Part shown: piece by piece, positions 13,126-24,500 of the stretch
Layout of the letters: each line of letters begins with the position of its first letter
Numbering within the stretch: position 1 is the stretch's first letter
From: Malacoraja senta
Lineage: Eukaryota
DNA length: 64,000 nucleotides
Direction: 5' to 3'
NCBI GenBank assembly: GCA_038087875.1
Contig: CM075987.1
Location: forward strand, 24,244,001 to 24,308,000
Program-made: the position numbers and the translations under genes
Notes under the pieces: model-generated
The model's database searches: none
What the model saw: the letters and a program-made list of their open reading frames with translations, nothing else
Told to the model about the DNA's origin: nothing

Positions 13126-14063
13126 AACAAGAGAAAAAAAGTTCAGTATGTGTGTATGTACAGTACATATACACAAACACGCACATATACATATAAACAA
13201 ACAATACAAACAATAATAGTGTAAAAGTATTTGCAAAGTAATGTCCAGATTAACTGAGGAGATTTCACAGATTCATCCATGCGTGTGCTGTGATTGTTTT
13301 TGAATAAGCTGTGACCAGCAATTCTCTAAAATGAATTGTAGATTTTGCTATTTTATTTTATTGTGTGTCCGTTAACATGCAGATAGCTTATTAATGAATA
13401 TAAAATTAGTTATTACCCTGTAGCATAAGTGTGTGCAGGATGTTTAGCTACAATTTTGGCTTTGGGCTTGGTTTTCTTGCTTGATCGCTTCCCCTGGTTC
13501 GATAGCACGAGTACTTTGTGTTTTAACAGTAATGTTACTTAATGTTTTCTTTTCCATGTTTTTATTGATCAGGTTTCAGGGTTTCAATTAATTTACACCC
13601 GAAACGTCACTCTTGGAGTAGTTTTGACTCACGGGAAAAACTTTTGTCATGTTCAAATTTCATTCTGCCTGTGAGACATCAATATCCTTTTGGTTTTCCG
13701 TGACTTCAGCTTTATTTGAAGAAGAATTTGCATCTAAAACTCAGCAATTCCTTTTAAAAATGTTGAAAAAAAACACAAACTGGCCGAGTGTTTCCATAGT
13801 CCCTTTACCAGCTTAAACTTTAGATGTATGATTCAGTTTCTCGTCCAAAGAAAATCCTTTGAAGATATATCTGTGATTTATTCTCAGCAAGCTCTATAGC
13901 ACCAGTCAGTAGAAATAGTTATTTGCTAGTTTCCCCGAACAAGAGCAATTTGCTGAAAGGAATGCTTTGGTCAACAAAGACGTTTCCATTGATACTCCTT
14001 GCTTTGCAAAGAATAAGGTGAGAAATCTGTAAAAGATGCAGTGTTCCATGGTCAGATTGATTG

Positions 14064-14210
14064 CACAGTGAATGGGTGGAACATAGGCATCATTCAAAGT
14101 CAATGGGTGGAATTTTCCTCTCCATTCAAAATCAATGGATGGAATTTCTCACTATTCATCGTCAATGGTGGAATCTACCCTTCCATTCACAGTCAAAGGT
14201 AGAATATTCC
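14064..14210. repeat. Degenerate tandem repeat, about 5 units of 31-32 bp (ATTCA.AGTCAATGG.TGGAAT..)
   Basis: The motif TCAATGG(G/A)TGGAA recurs at roughly 32-bp spacing. Confidence 0.7.
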
Positions 14211-16954
14211 TTGAAGTGACAATAGGAAGTTTGTGAACCCTGAATTCCAAGCCGACCCTCTTGTTGTATTTATTTCCCATCATCAATGCACCTTATCTAC
14301 CTCCACCACGATTCTTCAATCCATTACCAGACAATCTCCAGATTACCAGAAGCGCCACTTAATGGCAACCATCTTACAATGTTAAATTGAGACAGTCTTG
14401 CAGTTTTTTATTCCTTAATTCCCCTCCTGCGAAATTTAAATTGTGATATTACCAAATATTATCTAAAAGAATATATGATGTCAATGAAAATTGAGAAGGT
14501 GCTGTGTTCAGAACCCCCAATAAATACATTTTAGCACAAGAGTGAATTTCCTCAGCAATTATTTTGATATGTAATGTTATCTCACAAGCCACAATTAATA
14601 TCTGTAATTTTTACAGCCATTTTCAACATTCAACATGAACCGTAGGTTAACGACACAATACATTATTTAAAGATCATTTAGTTTAGTTTAGTTCAGAGAT
14701 ACAGAGGGGAAACAGGCCGTTCGGCCCACCGAGTCCGTACCGACCAGCTATCCCCGCACACTAACACACCAGGGACAATTTACATTTATACCAAGCCAAT
14801 TAGCTTGCAATCCTGAACGTCTTTGGAGTGTGGGAGGAAACCCGAAGATCTCGGAGAAAACCAAAGCAAACCGCGGGGAGAAGGTACAAACTCCGTACAG
14901 ACAGCACCCGTGGTCAGGATCGAACCTGGGTCTCCGGCGCTGCAAGTGCCGTAAGGCAGCAACTCTACCGCTGCGCCACCGCATCGTTCTAAGGGACAAA
15001 TCATGTACCAGTTTTGTTTATTGTCACGTGTACCGAGGTACAATGAAAAGCTTTTGTTGCGCGCTAACCAGTCAGCGGAAAGACCAAACATGATTACAGT
15101 CGAGCCATTCATGCTCGAGCAAAGCATGCAATCGGGCAATGGAGCAAATCATGGCCGCATCATTAAATGCACTGATTGAGATGAGTCTCAGAATAAAACT
15201 ATAAATTTATCTTATGTGCATCCATTTGCAAATAAACCACCTGCCCATCCCATCGAGAATCTTCCTCCCCAATTATGTCGAGGTTGGTTACCATTCTGTT
15301 CAGGACTACAAAATTGAGGTGAAAATAAAGGATTCTCTATCCTGGTGGACTGCCTATAAGGACGAGGACTAATGCAGTGATTAATTTGAATACAAAAAAT
15401 CACAAAAATGATGAGAGGTGTATAATATCATGTGAGGAATTGATCATGTAGATGCACAGAGTCTCTTGACCTGAGTGGAGGAATCGAGAACCAGATGACA
15501 TAGGGTGAGGGGGGAAAGAATTAATGGGAACTTGAAGGGTAACTTTTTCACACAAAGGGGTGGTGGGTGTCTGGAACTTGCTGTCAGAGGAGGTAGTTGA
15601 GACAGGGACTATCCCAAGGTTTTAGAAACATAGAAACATAGAAAATAGGTACAGGAGTAGGCCATTCGGCCCTTCGAGCCAGCACCGTCATTCAATATGA
15701 TCATGGCTGATCATCCAAGATCACTACCCTGTTCCTGCTCTTTTCCCCATATCCCGTGATTCCGTTGCACTTCCGTTCCATTCCGGAAAGCCTTGAAACA
15801 GTTAGACAGATACATGGATAGGACAGAATTAGAGGGATATGGACCAAACGCAGGCAAGTGGGTCTGGTGTGGCTGGGACTTGTTGGGCAGTGTGGGCAAG
15901 TTGGGCCAAAGGGCCTGTTTCCACACTGTATTACTCTGTGAGTCTATGACTCTAAAAGGTGCTGGTTTGCATATAACAGTTATTGGCTGCTGATATCAAT
16001 CAAGGTTTTAACTTTTTAGAGGTGTTGACACATCAGTGCATAGCGTCACAAAACAAAGCATTGGACAAATGTATTATATGTCTATCATTTGACTGGGAGT
16101 TGGAATTGGCAGAAATCAGAGTAGTCTGCGTTCACTTTTGCAATTGCATTTGAAAGTTTTTTCTTAAGAAGTATTTAATGCTATTCCAATTGGATCTGGA
16201 TTTCAACTGCAATGAGCCATCACAATCCACCATTTCCACTTTGAAACATTTCTGGTGCTTTTGAGCAGATTTTGCACCATACTAAACAATAGTTTGCAGA
16301 ATCTTTCAGTCTAAAATCTGTGATATTCATCTATACCTACAGTGTGTGAATAAGGAGTTTACAAATTGTCCTAGTTGCATTATTTGTGTTTTGAAATCCA
16401 CATATGACTATATTAATGCTTCCTGTCTAAATAGATAACTGAGATGTTACAGACTGAAGATGCACTTTGCATTCAGTTATATTAATATTGATTAATTTTA
16501 AAAGAAATGTAGTAATGAGATGATGTGAAAGGTAAAACAATAGTCTTCTGAATGGGCAAGTAGAATTTTGCAGCCAACACATAGTGAAGTGGAAGATAAA
16601 GATGATGTGGAATATTCAGCAGCATTTAGCTTAGTTTAGTTTAGTTTAAAGGTACAGCGCGGAAACAGGCCCTTCCATCCACCGAGTCCGCGCCGACCAG
16701 CGAACCCCGTACATTAACACAACCCTACACACACTGGGGACAACTCTACATTTATACCAAGCCAATTAACCTACAAACCTGTATGTTTTTGGAGTGTGGG
16801 AGGGGACCAAAGATCTTGGAGAAAACCCACACAGGTCATGGGGAAAACGTACAAACACCGTACAGACAGCACCCGTAGTCAGGATCAAACCCGGGTCTCT
16901 GGCGCTATAAGGAAGTAGCTCTATCACTGCACCACCATGCCACCCTTTTTGAAT

Positions 16955-17011
16955 GGGGATTGAACCCGCCACCTTGGCGTTATTAGCACCACGCTCTAAC
17001 CAACTGAGCTA
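16955..17011 (-). pseudogene. tRNA-Ile(AAU) pseudogene core lacking a proper acceptor stem
   Basis: Minus strand TAGCTCAGTTGGTTAGAGCGTGGTGCTAATAACGCCAAGGTGGCGGGTTCAATCCCC matches the vertebrate tRNA-Ile-AAT D, anticodon and T arms. The GGCCGGT/ACGGGCC acceptor is absent. Confidence 0.85.
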
Positions 17012-18663
17012 TTCAAGCCCACTTTGGCAAAAGGAGATTTTGTTGGTGAAAGTGGACATGTTTGATGGTGGACGAAATGTTCGGCAGGCACAGTTTTAGA
17101 GTAAAGGACAGCAATGTAGTACACTATTGAATTTAGCCTGAGCAGGCATCCAGGATGAGGGATGGGAATAAGTCCAAACAGATGGTTTTGATTTGACCAA
17201 TGTTGAATCGCACAAAGTTCTGCCTCATGCATGACTTGAAATCACACGGGAAATACAATAAATTAGGCAAATATTTGAGTACAAGACAACTAGGTTTTAA
17301 AACAAGCACATTCAAGGTCTTATCAACTCTTCGGAAACAGTGAGACTAGTTTCGGCTCTACAACAATAAATGCCCAATGATCAAGCATGTCTGATCTTCT
17401 AATGTTCTTTGGCATGTGCCGCGTTCACAAAAGGTGTTACGTGAAGAAAGTCTTTTCATTTTCTCCCCTTTCTTTGAATATTATCTACCTACTACAGTTT
17501 TTAATTTGGCTACACACACAAACATTCTTGTTCTTCACCCTTTAAGTCATTTCAGAACCAGCAGGAAACTCTTTGAAGAATAAAACCATGCCATCCAAAT
17601 GGAAACACTTCACAATAACACTTTTTAAAAATATATAACTGTAAAGAAATCTCCTTTTTGATGCATTCCAGTTAGGAAGTTTTAAGATAAAACCCCAAGA
17701 AGTCAGATTTACTTCTGATTGTGGAAGTGAAATTCATATATGTGCAGTTTCTGGATGTGAAGTGAATGATTGGTGTCAATTCACAATCCTCGAGATATGG
17801 CCTTTAACTAATCCAGTTCAGAGGAACAAAGGCGATACAACTCCTTTGAAGCTGAGGCAATTTTTAAGTCATTTCAGAGGCAAGTTACTAATATAAAAGG
17901 CAACATAATGTTTAGATTTGTGAACAGCGACTGTCTTGATTTTTAGCCACAAAGGTAATCCCATCCTCAATCAACAATAATGCCTGTGTTCTTGGCACTG
18001 AGGGAGTTGAGAATAAGTAGAAATGCTGAGTTCTTCAAAGCTCAGAAATGATGAAATATGCCACTCCATTTCTTGTGTACATTCAGTACTTATACCTGGG
18101 ACCCTCTTACTCTGTGGGTCTCGGTTGTGTTAAGAAACCTAATATTTTGCATGTGTATATACTCTTGAAATTATGCAGCTTCAATGTTTCACTGCTCTTA
18201 CTTTCTTTGTCACCTCAGCTTGTGGTGTTACTAGTGACTGCATAGTGTCTTCATGTTATTCCTATAGTTGGCAAACTGCTGCTTCTAATGCACAAGCTCT
18301 CGATATGATACAGAGGTTTGAAAACACATACCCCACCGGATTCAGGAACAGTTTCTTCCCAGCTGCTAACAGGCAACTAAATGATCCTCCCATTAACTTG
18401 AGTTGCTCTCCCATCTACCTCAATGGAGACCTATGAACTATCTTTAATCGGACTTCAATGTTATATCTTTGTACGATATGTTGTACCCTTGATCCTTAAA
18501 CTGTGCGCTGTGGGTGGTTTGATTGTATTCATGCATAGTCTTTCCTTTGATTGGATAGTATGCAAACAAAAATAATTCACTGTTCCTCCGGTACACATGA
18601 CTATAATAAACTAAACTGAACTAAGTATTGCAGGTTTATTCTGAAGAATGATATTGCTCACTT

Positions 18664-18804
18664 CTTCTTCTTCTTGCGTATGGCGTGCACAGCCTAAAGT
18701 TGTAGGACAACTTGTTCTATTTGATCTTATTTGATTGTGCACGCCAGGTTGATTGCATTCGTCGAAACAGGGCGGACCACGTGAAGGTTGCAATCTCCCA
18801 CCCC
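18664..18804 (-). mobile_element. Short non-autonomous retroposon (Vingi/RTE-like 3' end, (AAG)n tail) headed by an HDV-like ribozyme
   Basis: Flanked by the 11-bp direct repeat ATTGCTCACTT (18653-18663 and 18805-18815). The minus strand ends GCCATACGCAAGAAGAAGAAG. No tRNA A/B boxes. Confidence 0.8.
18751..18804 (-). ncRNA. Minimal HDV/CPEB3-like self-cleaving ribozyme (54 nt)
   Basis: Minus strand parses as P1 GGGGUGG, J1/2 GA, P2 GAUUGCA, P3 ACC, L3 UUCACGU, P3' GGU, P1' CCGCCCU, GU, UUCGA, J4/2 CGAA, P2' UGCAAUC. All helices pair and the G1-U wobble is present. Confidence 0.8.
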
Positions 18805-20786
18805 ATTGCTCACTTAATTAAATTACACCAATTTCATTTTTTAAATTCAGTTTGATTTCAATCCAAATAAATATGGACTGTTATTGATCCAGCCAAATTC
18901 TTTTTTGCAGTTGAAAAGTTTGTCATCCATTTAAACTGGAAACACACCAATGGATTCTTTTTCAGGTGGAGATCAACAGATTCTTGATTAGTACGGGTCC
19001 TGGGGTTATGGGGAGAAGGCAGGAGAATGGGGTTGAGAGGAAAAGATTGATCAGCCATGGTTGAATGGTGGAATAGACATGATGGGCCGAATGGCCTCAT
19101 TCTGCTCCTATAACTTATGAACTTTAGTTTAGTTTAGTTTAGAGATATAGCGCGGAAACACGCCCTTCGACCCACCGAGTCCGCGCCGACCAGCAATCTC
19201 CCAGTACACTAACACTATCCTACACACACTTGGGATAATTTACAATTTTACCAAGCCAATTAACCTACAAACCTGTACGTCGTAAGGAGTGTTGGAGGAA
19301 TCCGGAGCACCCGGAGAAAACCCACACAAGTCACTTATGAAACTTTGAATGTGTTCAAGGTCAGGCAAAAAAAAGATAATGTGGGAGAATGAAGATTATA
19401 CTTATAAAAGCACAAGGTGAGATCCTAAAAGTCAATTTATTCAGTACAATTAAAATAAATCATTTTATTATAAATTATAACAATTTTGTCGCAGAATGTT
19501 CTCTGTACCTGAATAATTCAATCCCACTATAGCTCGCTTCATTTCTATGTTTGTTTACCACAGCAAACACTTGTGTTGAAAGAACATCTCTGGATAAAAG
19601 GAATAGGTGCTGTTTCCGGTCGAGACCTTTCTTCAGACTGAAAATTCGGAGTCTGAAGAAGGGTCTCGGCCCGAAGCGTCACCTATTCCTTGTGCCCAGA
19701 GATGCTGCCTCACCCGCTGAGTTACTCCAGCATTTTGTGTCTTATCTTCAATTTAAACCAGCACCTGCAGTTCTTTCTTACACATAAAATAAATCATTAC
19801 CATTACCACATATTTTAAAAAAGTTGTGAAATTATAATAATCTGAAACTGGTAATATATCTCTCGACATGAATTCAACGCAAAACCCAGCCGTTTTCATT
19901 AGGGATACATTGCTTGTATCCTGCCTGGAAGAAGTTTTATAAATTGATTTTCACAGCTTCACAATTCAGCACTACGACAATTTCCAGGTCAGGCCCATCA
20001 TGCAGTGTTCTGCAAAACACATCCATTATTTGTCAATGGCCCATTTAAATCGTGCCATCTCACACACACACCTTGAAGCTCCGGAGGATATAAGGGACGA
20101 TATAAACACAAGTGTGGTGTGGGAAGGAACTGCAGATGCTGGTTTAAATTGAAGATAAGACACAAAAAGCTGGAGTAACTCTGCGGGTCAGGCAGCTTCT
20201 CTGGAGAAAAGGAATAGGTGACGTTTCGGCTCGAGACCCTTCTTCAGGGTCCGAATTTTCAGTCTGAAGAAGGGTCTCGACCGTAAACAGCACCTATTCC
20301 TTTTCTACAGAGATGTTCTTTCAACTCAAGTGTTTGCTGCAGTAAACAAACATAGAAATGAAGCGAGCTAAAGTGGGATTGAATTATTCAGGTACAGAGA
20401 ACATTCTATGGCAAAATTATTGGACATACTATTCAAGACTTTAGAAAAAACATGTACAGGTTTGAATCTTTTTTCTCTTATGTTATTGGACAACTATCTT
20501 CAAACTCATCTGTCTGTATTCTAATCTATTACTTTACAAAATTGAAATTATAATTCAATTTATAGACACAAAGAACTGCAGAGGCTGGTTAGGAAAGAAC
20601 TGCAGATGCTGGTTAAAATCAAAAGTGGACACAAAATGCTGGAATAACTCAGCGGGCCAGGCAGCATCTTTGGAGAGAAGGACTGGGTGACTTTTCAGGT
20701 CGAGACCCTTCTTCATACCCTTCTGCAGATGCTGGTTAATACACAAAAGGACACAAAGTACTGGATTAATCCAACTGGTCAGGCAG

Positions 20787-21556
20787 CATCTCTGGAGAAC
20801 ATGGATAGATACATCTCTGGAGAACATGGATAGGTACATCTCTGGAGAACATAGATAGGCACATCTCTGGAGAACATGGATAGATACATATCTGGAGAAC
20901 ATGGATAGGTACATCTCTGGAGAACATGGATAGGTACATCTCTGGAGAACATAGATAGGCACATCTCTGGAGAACATGGATAGATACATATCTGGAGAAC
21001 ATGGATAGGTACATCTCTGGAGAACATGGATAGGTACATCTCTGGAGAACATGGATAGATATATCCCTGGAGAACATGGATAGGTACATCTCTGGAGAAC
21101 ATGGATAGGTGCTTCTCTGGAGAACATGGATAGGCATATCTCTGGAGAACATGGATAGGTACATCTCTGGAGAACATGGATAGGTGCTTCTCTGGATAAC
21201 ATGGATAGGCACATCTCTGGAGAACATGGATGGATACATCTCTGGAGAACATGGATAGGCACATCTCTGGAGAACATGGATAGATACATCTCTGGAGAAC
21301 ATGGATAGGCACATCTCTGGAGAACATGGATAGGCACATCTCTGGAGAACATGGATGGATACATCTCTGGAGAACATGGATAGGCACATCTCTGGAGAAC
21401 ATGGATGGATACATCTCTGGAGAACATGGATAGGCACATCTCTGGAGAACATGGATAGATACATCTCTGGAGAACATGGATAGGCACATCTCTGGAGAAC
21501 ATAGAAAGGTACATCTCTGGAGAACATGGATAGGTGCTTCTCTGGAGAACATGGAT
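20787..21556. repeat. 25-bp minisatellite, about 31 units (CATCTCTGGAGAACATGGATAGRYA)
   Basis: Direct tandem array. The unit equals an internal piece of the Penelope tail. Confidence 0.95.
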
Positions 21557-24500
21557 GCTGCCTGACCTGAGTTACCCCAGCACTTTGTGTCCTTTAAAAA
21601 AAAAAAAGGTCTCCTGTGCACTACACTATGCCGTTGCCAAAGGGACAAGGAGACCTCTTCATTTATATATTGTTCTATCGGCAAGCAAGCAGACTTCAGG
21701 AGGGAACAGGGGAACCGTTTCAGCGCTGTAGTCAGTGTCTGTCGATGGGTGAACAGCCAAGATCGTTTTAATGCAAGTCATTCCACATTCGGTTTGCGTG
21801 TGAATATTTTTAAACTGATGTTAAGATTATTAATACAGTTTGGATTTTTTGGGGGATCTGCAAGTTTTACTCGAAGACCGGTTATCCGAGAATGTCTGTC
21901 ATGAAAAAACAACAGCCTTGTAAAAGCTACTGTGTTTTTATTACGTGCGATTATGTTATCTGTACCTTAACTTTACCTCTCTCATTTGTGTTCAATTATA
22001 CAACTGATTTTAAGAGCCTGCCCATTATTACTGCAATTGGAAAAGTCGTATTTGCTCTTCAAATGGTGCATCAAACTTCCTTCAAATGTATTCGTCAACT
22101 AATCAATCTTGCTCATTTTTATTGAAAAATCAATGTAGGCTTCAGCATCAACCGAACACAGGCTGCTAAATAGTTAAGTTATGAGGCCGCTTCGGTTGAC
22201 ATATATTGGTCTAATCCATTTAATTTTGCCACACTAAATCTTAAAAGACCAATCTACCAATTGATCCGATTAGCTGGTAAATGGTTCAATGCTTTTTCTC
22301 TACCCCCCCCCCCCCTCTTCAGGTAATGCTCTATATATATATTTAATATATTTCATTGCGTCAGTTTTTCAGAAAGAGCTGTATCAGAATGTGTAGGCTA
22401 GGAAGGAACTGCAGATGCTGGTTTACACCGAGGGCAGACACAAGAAGCTGGAGTAACTCTTCTTGCGTGTGTGACCTATAGGTGGGAATAAGGGTCGGAC
22501 TCATTGATAGGGAGGGACACAAAAAGCGGGACAGGCAGCATCTCTGGAGAGAAGGAATGGGTGACGTTTCGGGTCGAGACCCTTCTTCAGCCAGAATGCA
22601 TGTGCAAATGTAGGGAATTGCGTGAACAAACCACTCAGTGCGATCGATATTAACACTGATCATCCAAGGGGAAAAATAGGCTTCCTTTACGTCATCTTTT
22701 GAAATACTTAGTAACAAACTATGTGGCCGAACACCCTTTTAAACAACATACTTTTTTCCCCCGTCCAACCAGAATTAGTGTGTGATGCTCCCAAATCTGT
22801 TCCCTATTTTCTTGCGCATATTTTCTCAGCTTCCCAATCTTTTAAATATTATGGTACTTATTGGTCTGGTACATCTTTGTCACATGTACAGTGAAATTAA
22901 TTTTGTGTACAGTTATTATTGTTCAGTTTTTGTGTGTGTACGTATGTGTGTGTGTGTGTGTGTGTTGTGGGTGTGTGTGAGTGTGTGTGTATTTGTGAAT
23001 ATGTGCATATATCCACACACTGAACTCCCCCCCCCCCCCCCCGTTTATTACTTTGTATACAGTGTCCCATGTTTTACATATTCTGTTTTGCTGCTGCAAG
23101 AATTCCATAGTTCTATCTGGGACACATGACAATAAAAAACTCTTGACTCTTGAAGTGACTAACACAAAGTTTCTTTAATTCCGCAATTCCCATGCGAAAT
23201 TATAATCAATATTTTTTATCGTCAATTAGCTTTTGAAGAGAAGGGGTGTTCAAATGGTTACTCCCTACTCGGCCAAACTTTCACGTGAAATTGGGAACCG
23301 GTTCAACCAATTTACGCGGAGTTTCCAGTCCATCGTCAGTCTTGGTTTAAGAGATTTTATGTTTAAGAAGTAACTGCAGATGCTGGAAAATCGAAGGTAG
23401 ACAAAAGTGCTGGAGAAACTCAGCGGGTGCAGCAGCATCTATGGCGCGAAGGAAATAGGCAACGTTTCGGGCCGAAACCCTTCTTCAGACCCGAAACGTT
23501 CTTCAACCCGAAACGTTGCCTATTTCCTTCGCTCCATAGATGCTGCTGCACCCGCTGAGTTTCTTCCAGCACTTTTGTCTACCTTGGTTTAAGAGATGTT
23601 TTCTGTACAGTGTCTCTCGACGCCGCATTGGATTTAAAGTCGGCGTTGGGATCAGTGGCTTAAGCGGCGCTGGGAGGGGAAGTGACTTATTGAAAATGTT
23701 TAATAAAAAGGACAATTTGCTCAGGAGATAAATGGAAACGCGCACAGTTCAGAAAGCAATTTCAAACCAGTTAGGCCTATGAGCCGAAGGTCGACCACAA
23801 AATGCTGGAGTAACTCAGCGGGACAGGCAGCATCTCTGGAGAGAAGGAATGGATGACATTTCAGGTGAAGGGTCTCGACCCGAAACGTCACCCATTCCCT
23901 CTCTCCAGAGATGCTGCCTGTCCCGCTGAGTTACTCCAGCATTTTTGTGTTGTGTCTACCTCCGGTTTATTCCAGCATCTGCAGTTCTTTCCTACACATT
24001 TAGGCCAACGAGCCAGTGAGGTGCTACAACCCAGGGTAAAAAAACACCCCATCTCTTAGCGCAGCTCTCTCCATTAGAAGCAACCGCGGTCGCAGGGGAA
24101 ACAAGCTCAGAAATTACGCCGCTGGGGAACGCCACCCTTGTGTCCGGTTAGTTCGTCAGGTGATTAATTAGTTGGGGATCCAGACCTCCCTCGTTAACAG
24201 AGCACTGACGGAAAACTGTCAAAAGTTGCCCTGACTTTTCAGCAAAGCATGAAGCAAGCACCGTGATGGCCCTCGATGCAGATGATTCACACTGCGGTTT
24301 GCAATTTTCTTCATATGTTCTCATCGATGAAACGTTTTACCAATTGAAGGAATATTGAGAGATAACAATATTCATCATGGAAATGGCTCAATTGAAGGAC
24401 TTGCCCATCCTCACTAAATACTTTCGCTTAATCGGACTCTGGCATTTGATATGAGGTAAGCCAGTTACTCCAGCGTTTTGTGTCAACCTTCTGTATAAAG

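Noticed and set aside
16948..17018. Functional tRNA-Ile gene
   Set aside because: The canonical acceptor stem is missing, the T-stem is imperfect and there is no downstream T-run terminator.
20555..21684. CRISPR-like array, or three 250-320 aa repetitive ORFs
   Set aside because: Units are contiguous 25-mers with no unique spacers and no cas genes. The ORFs are just stop-free readings of the minisatellite.
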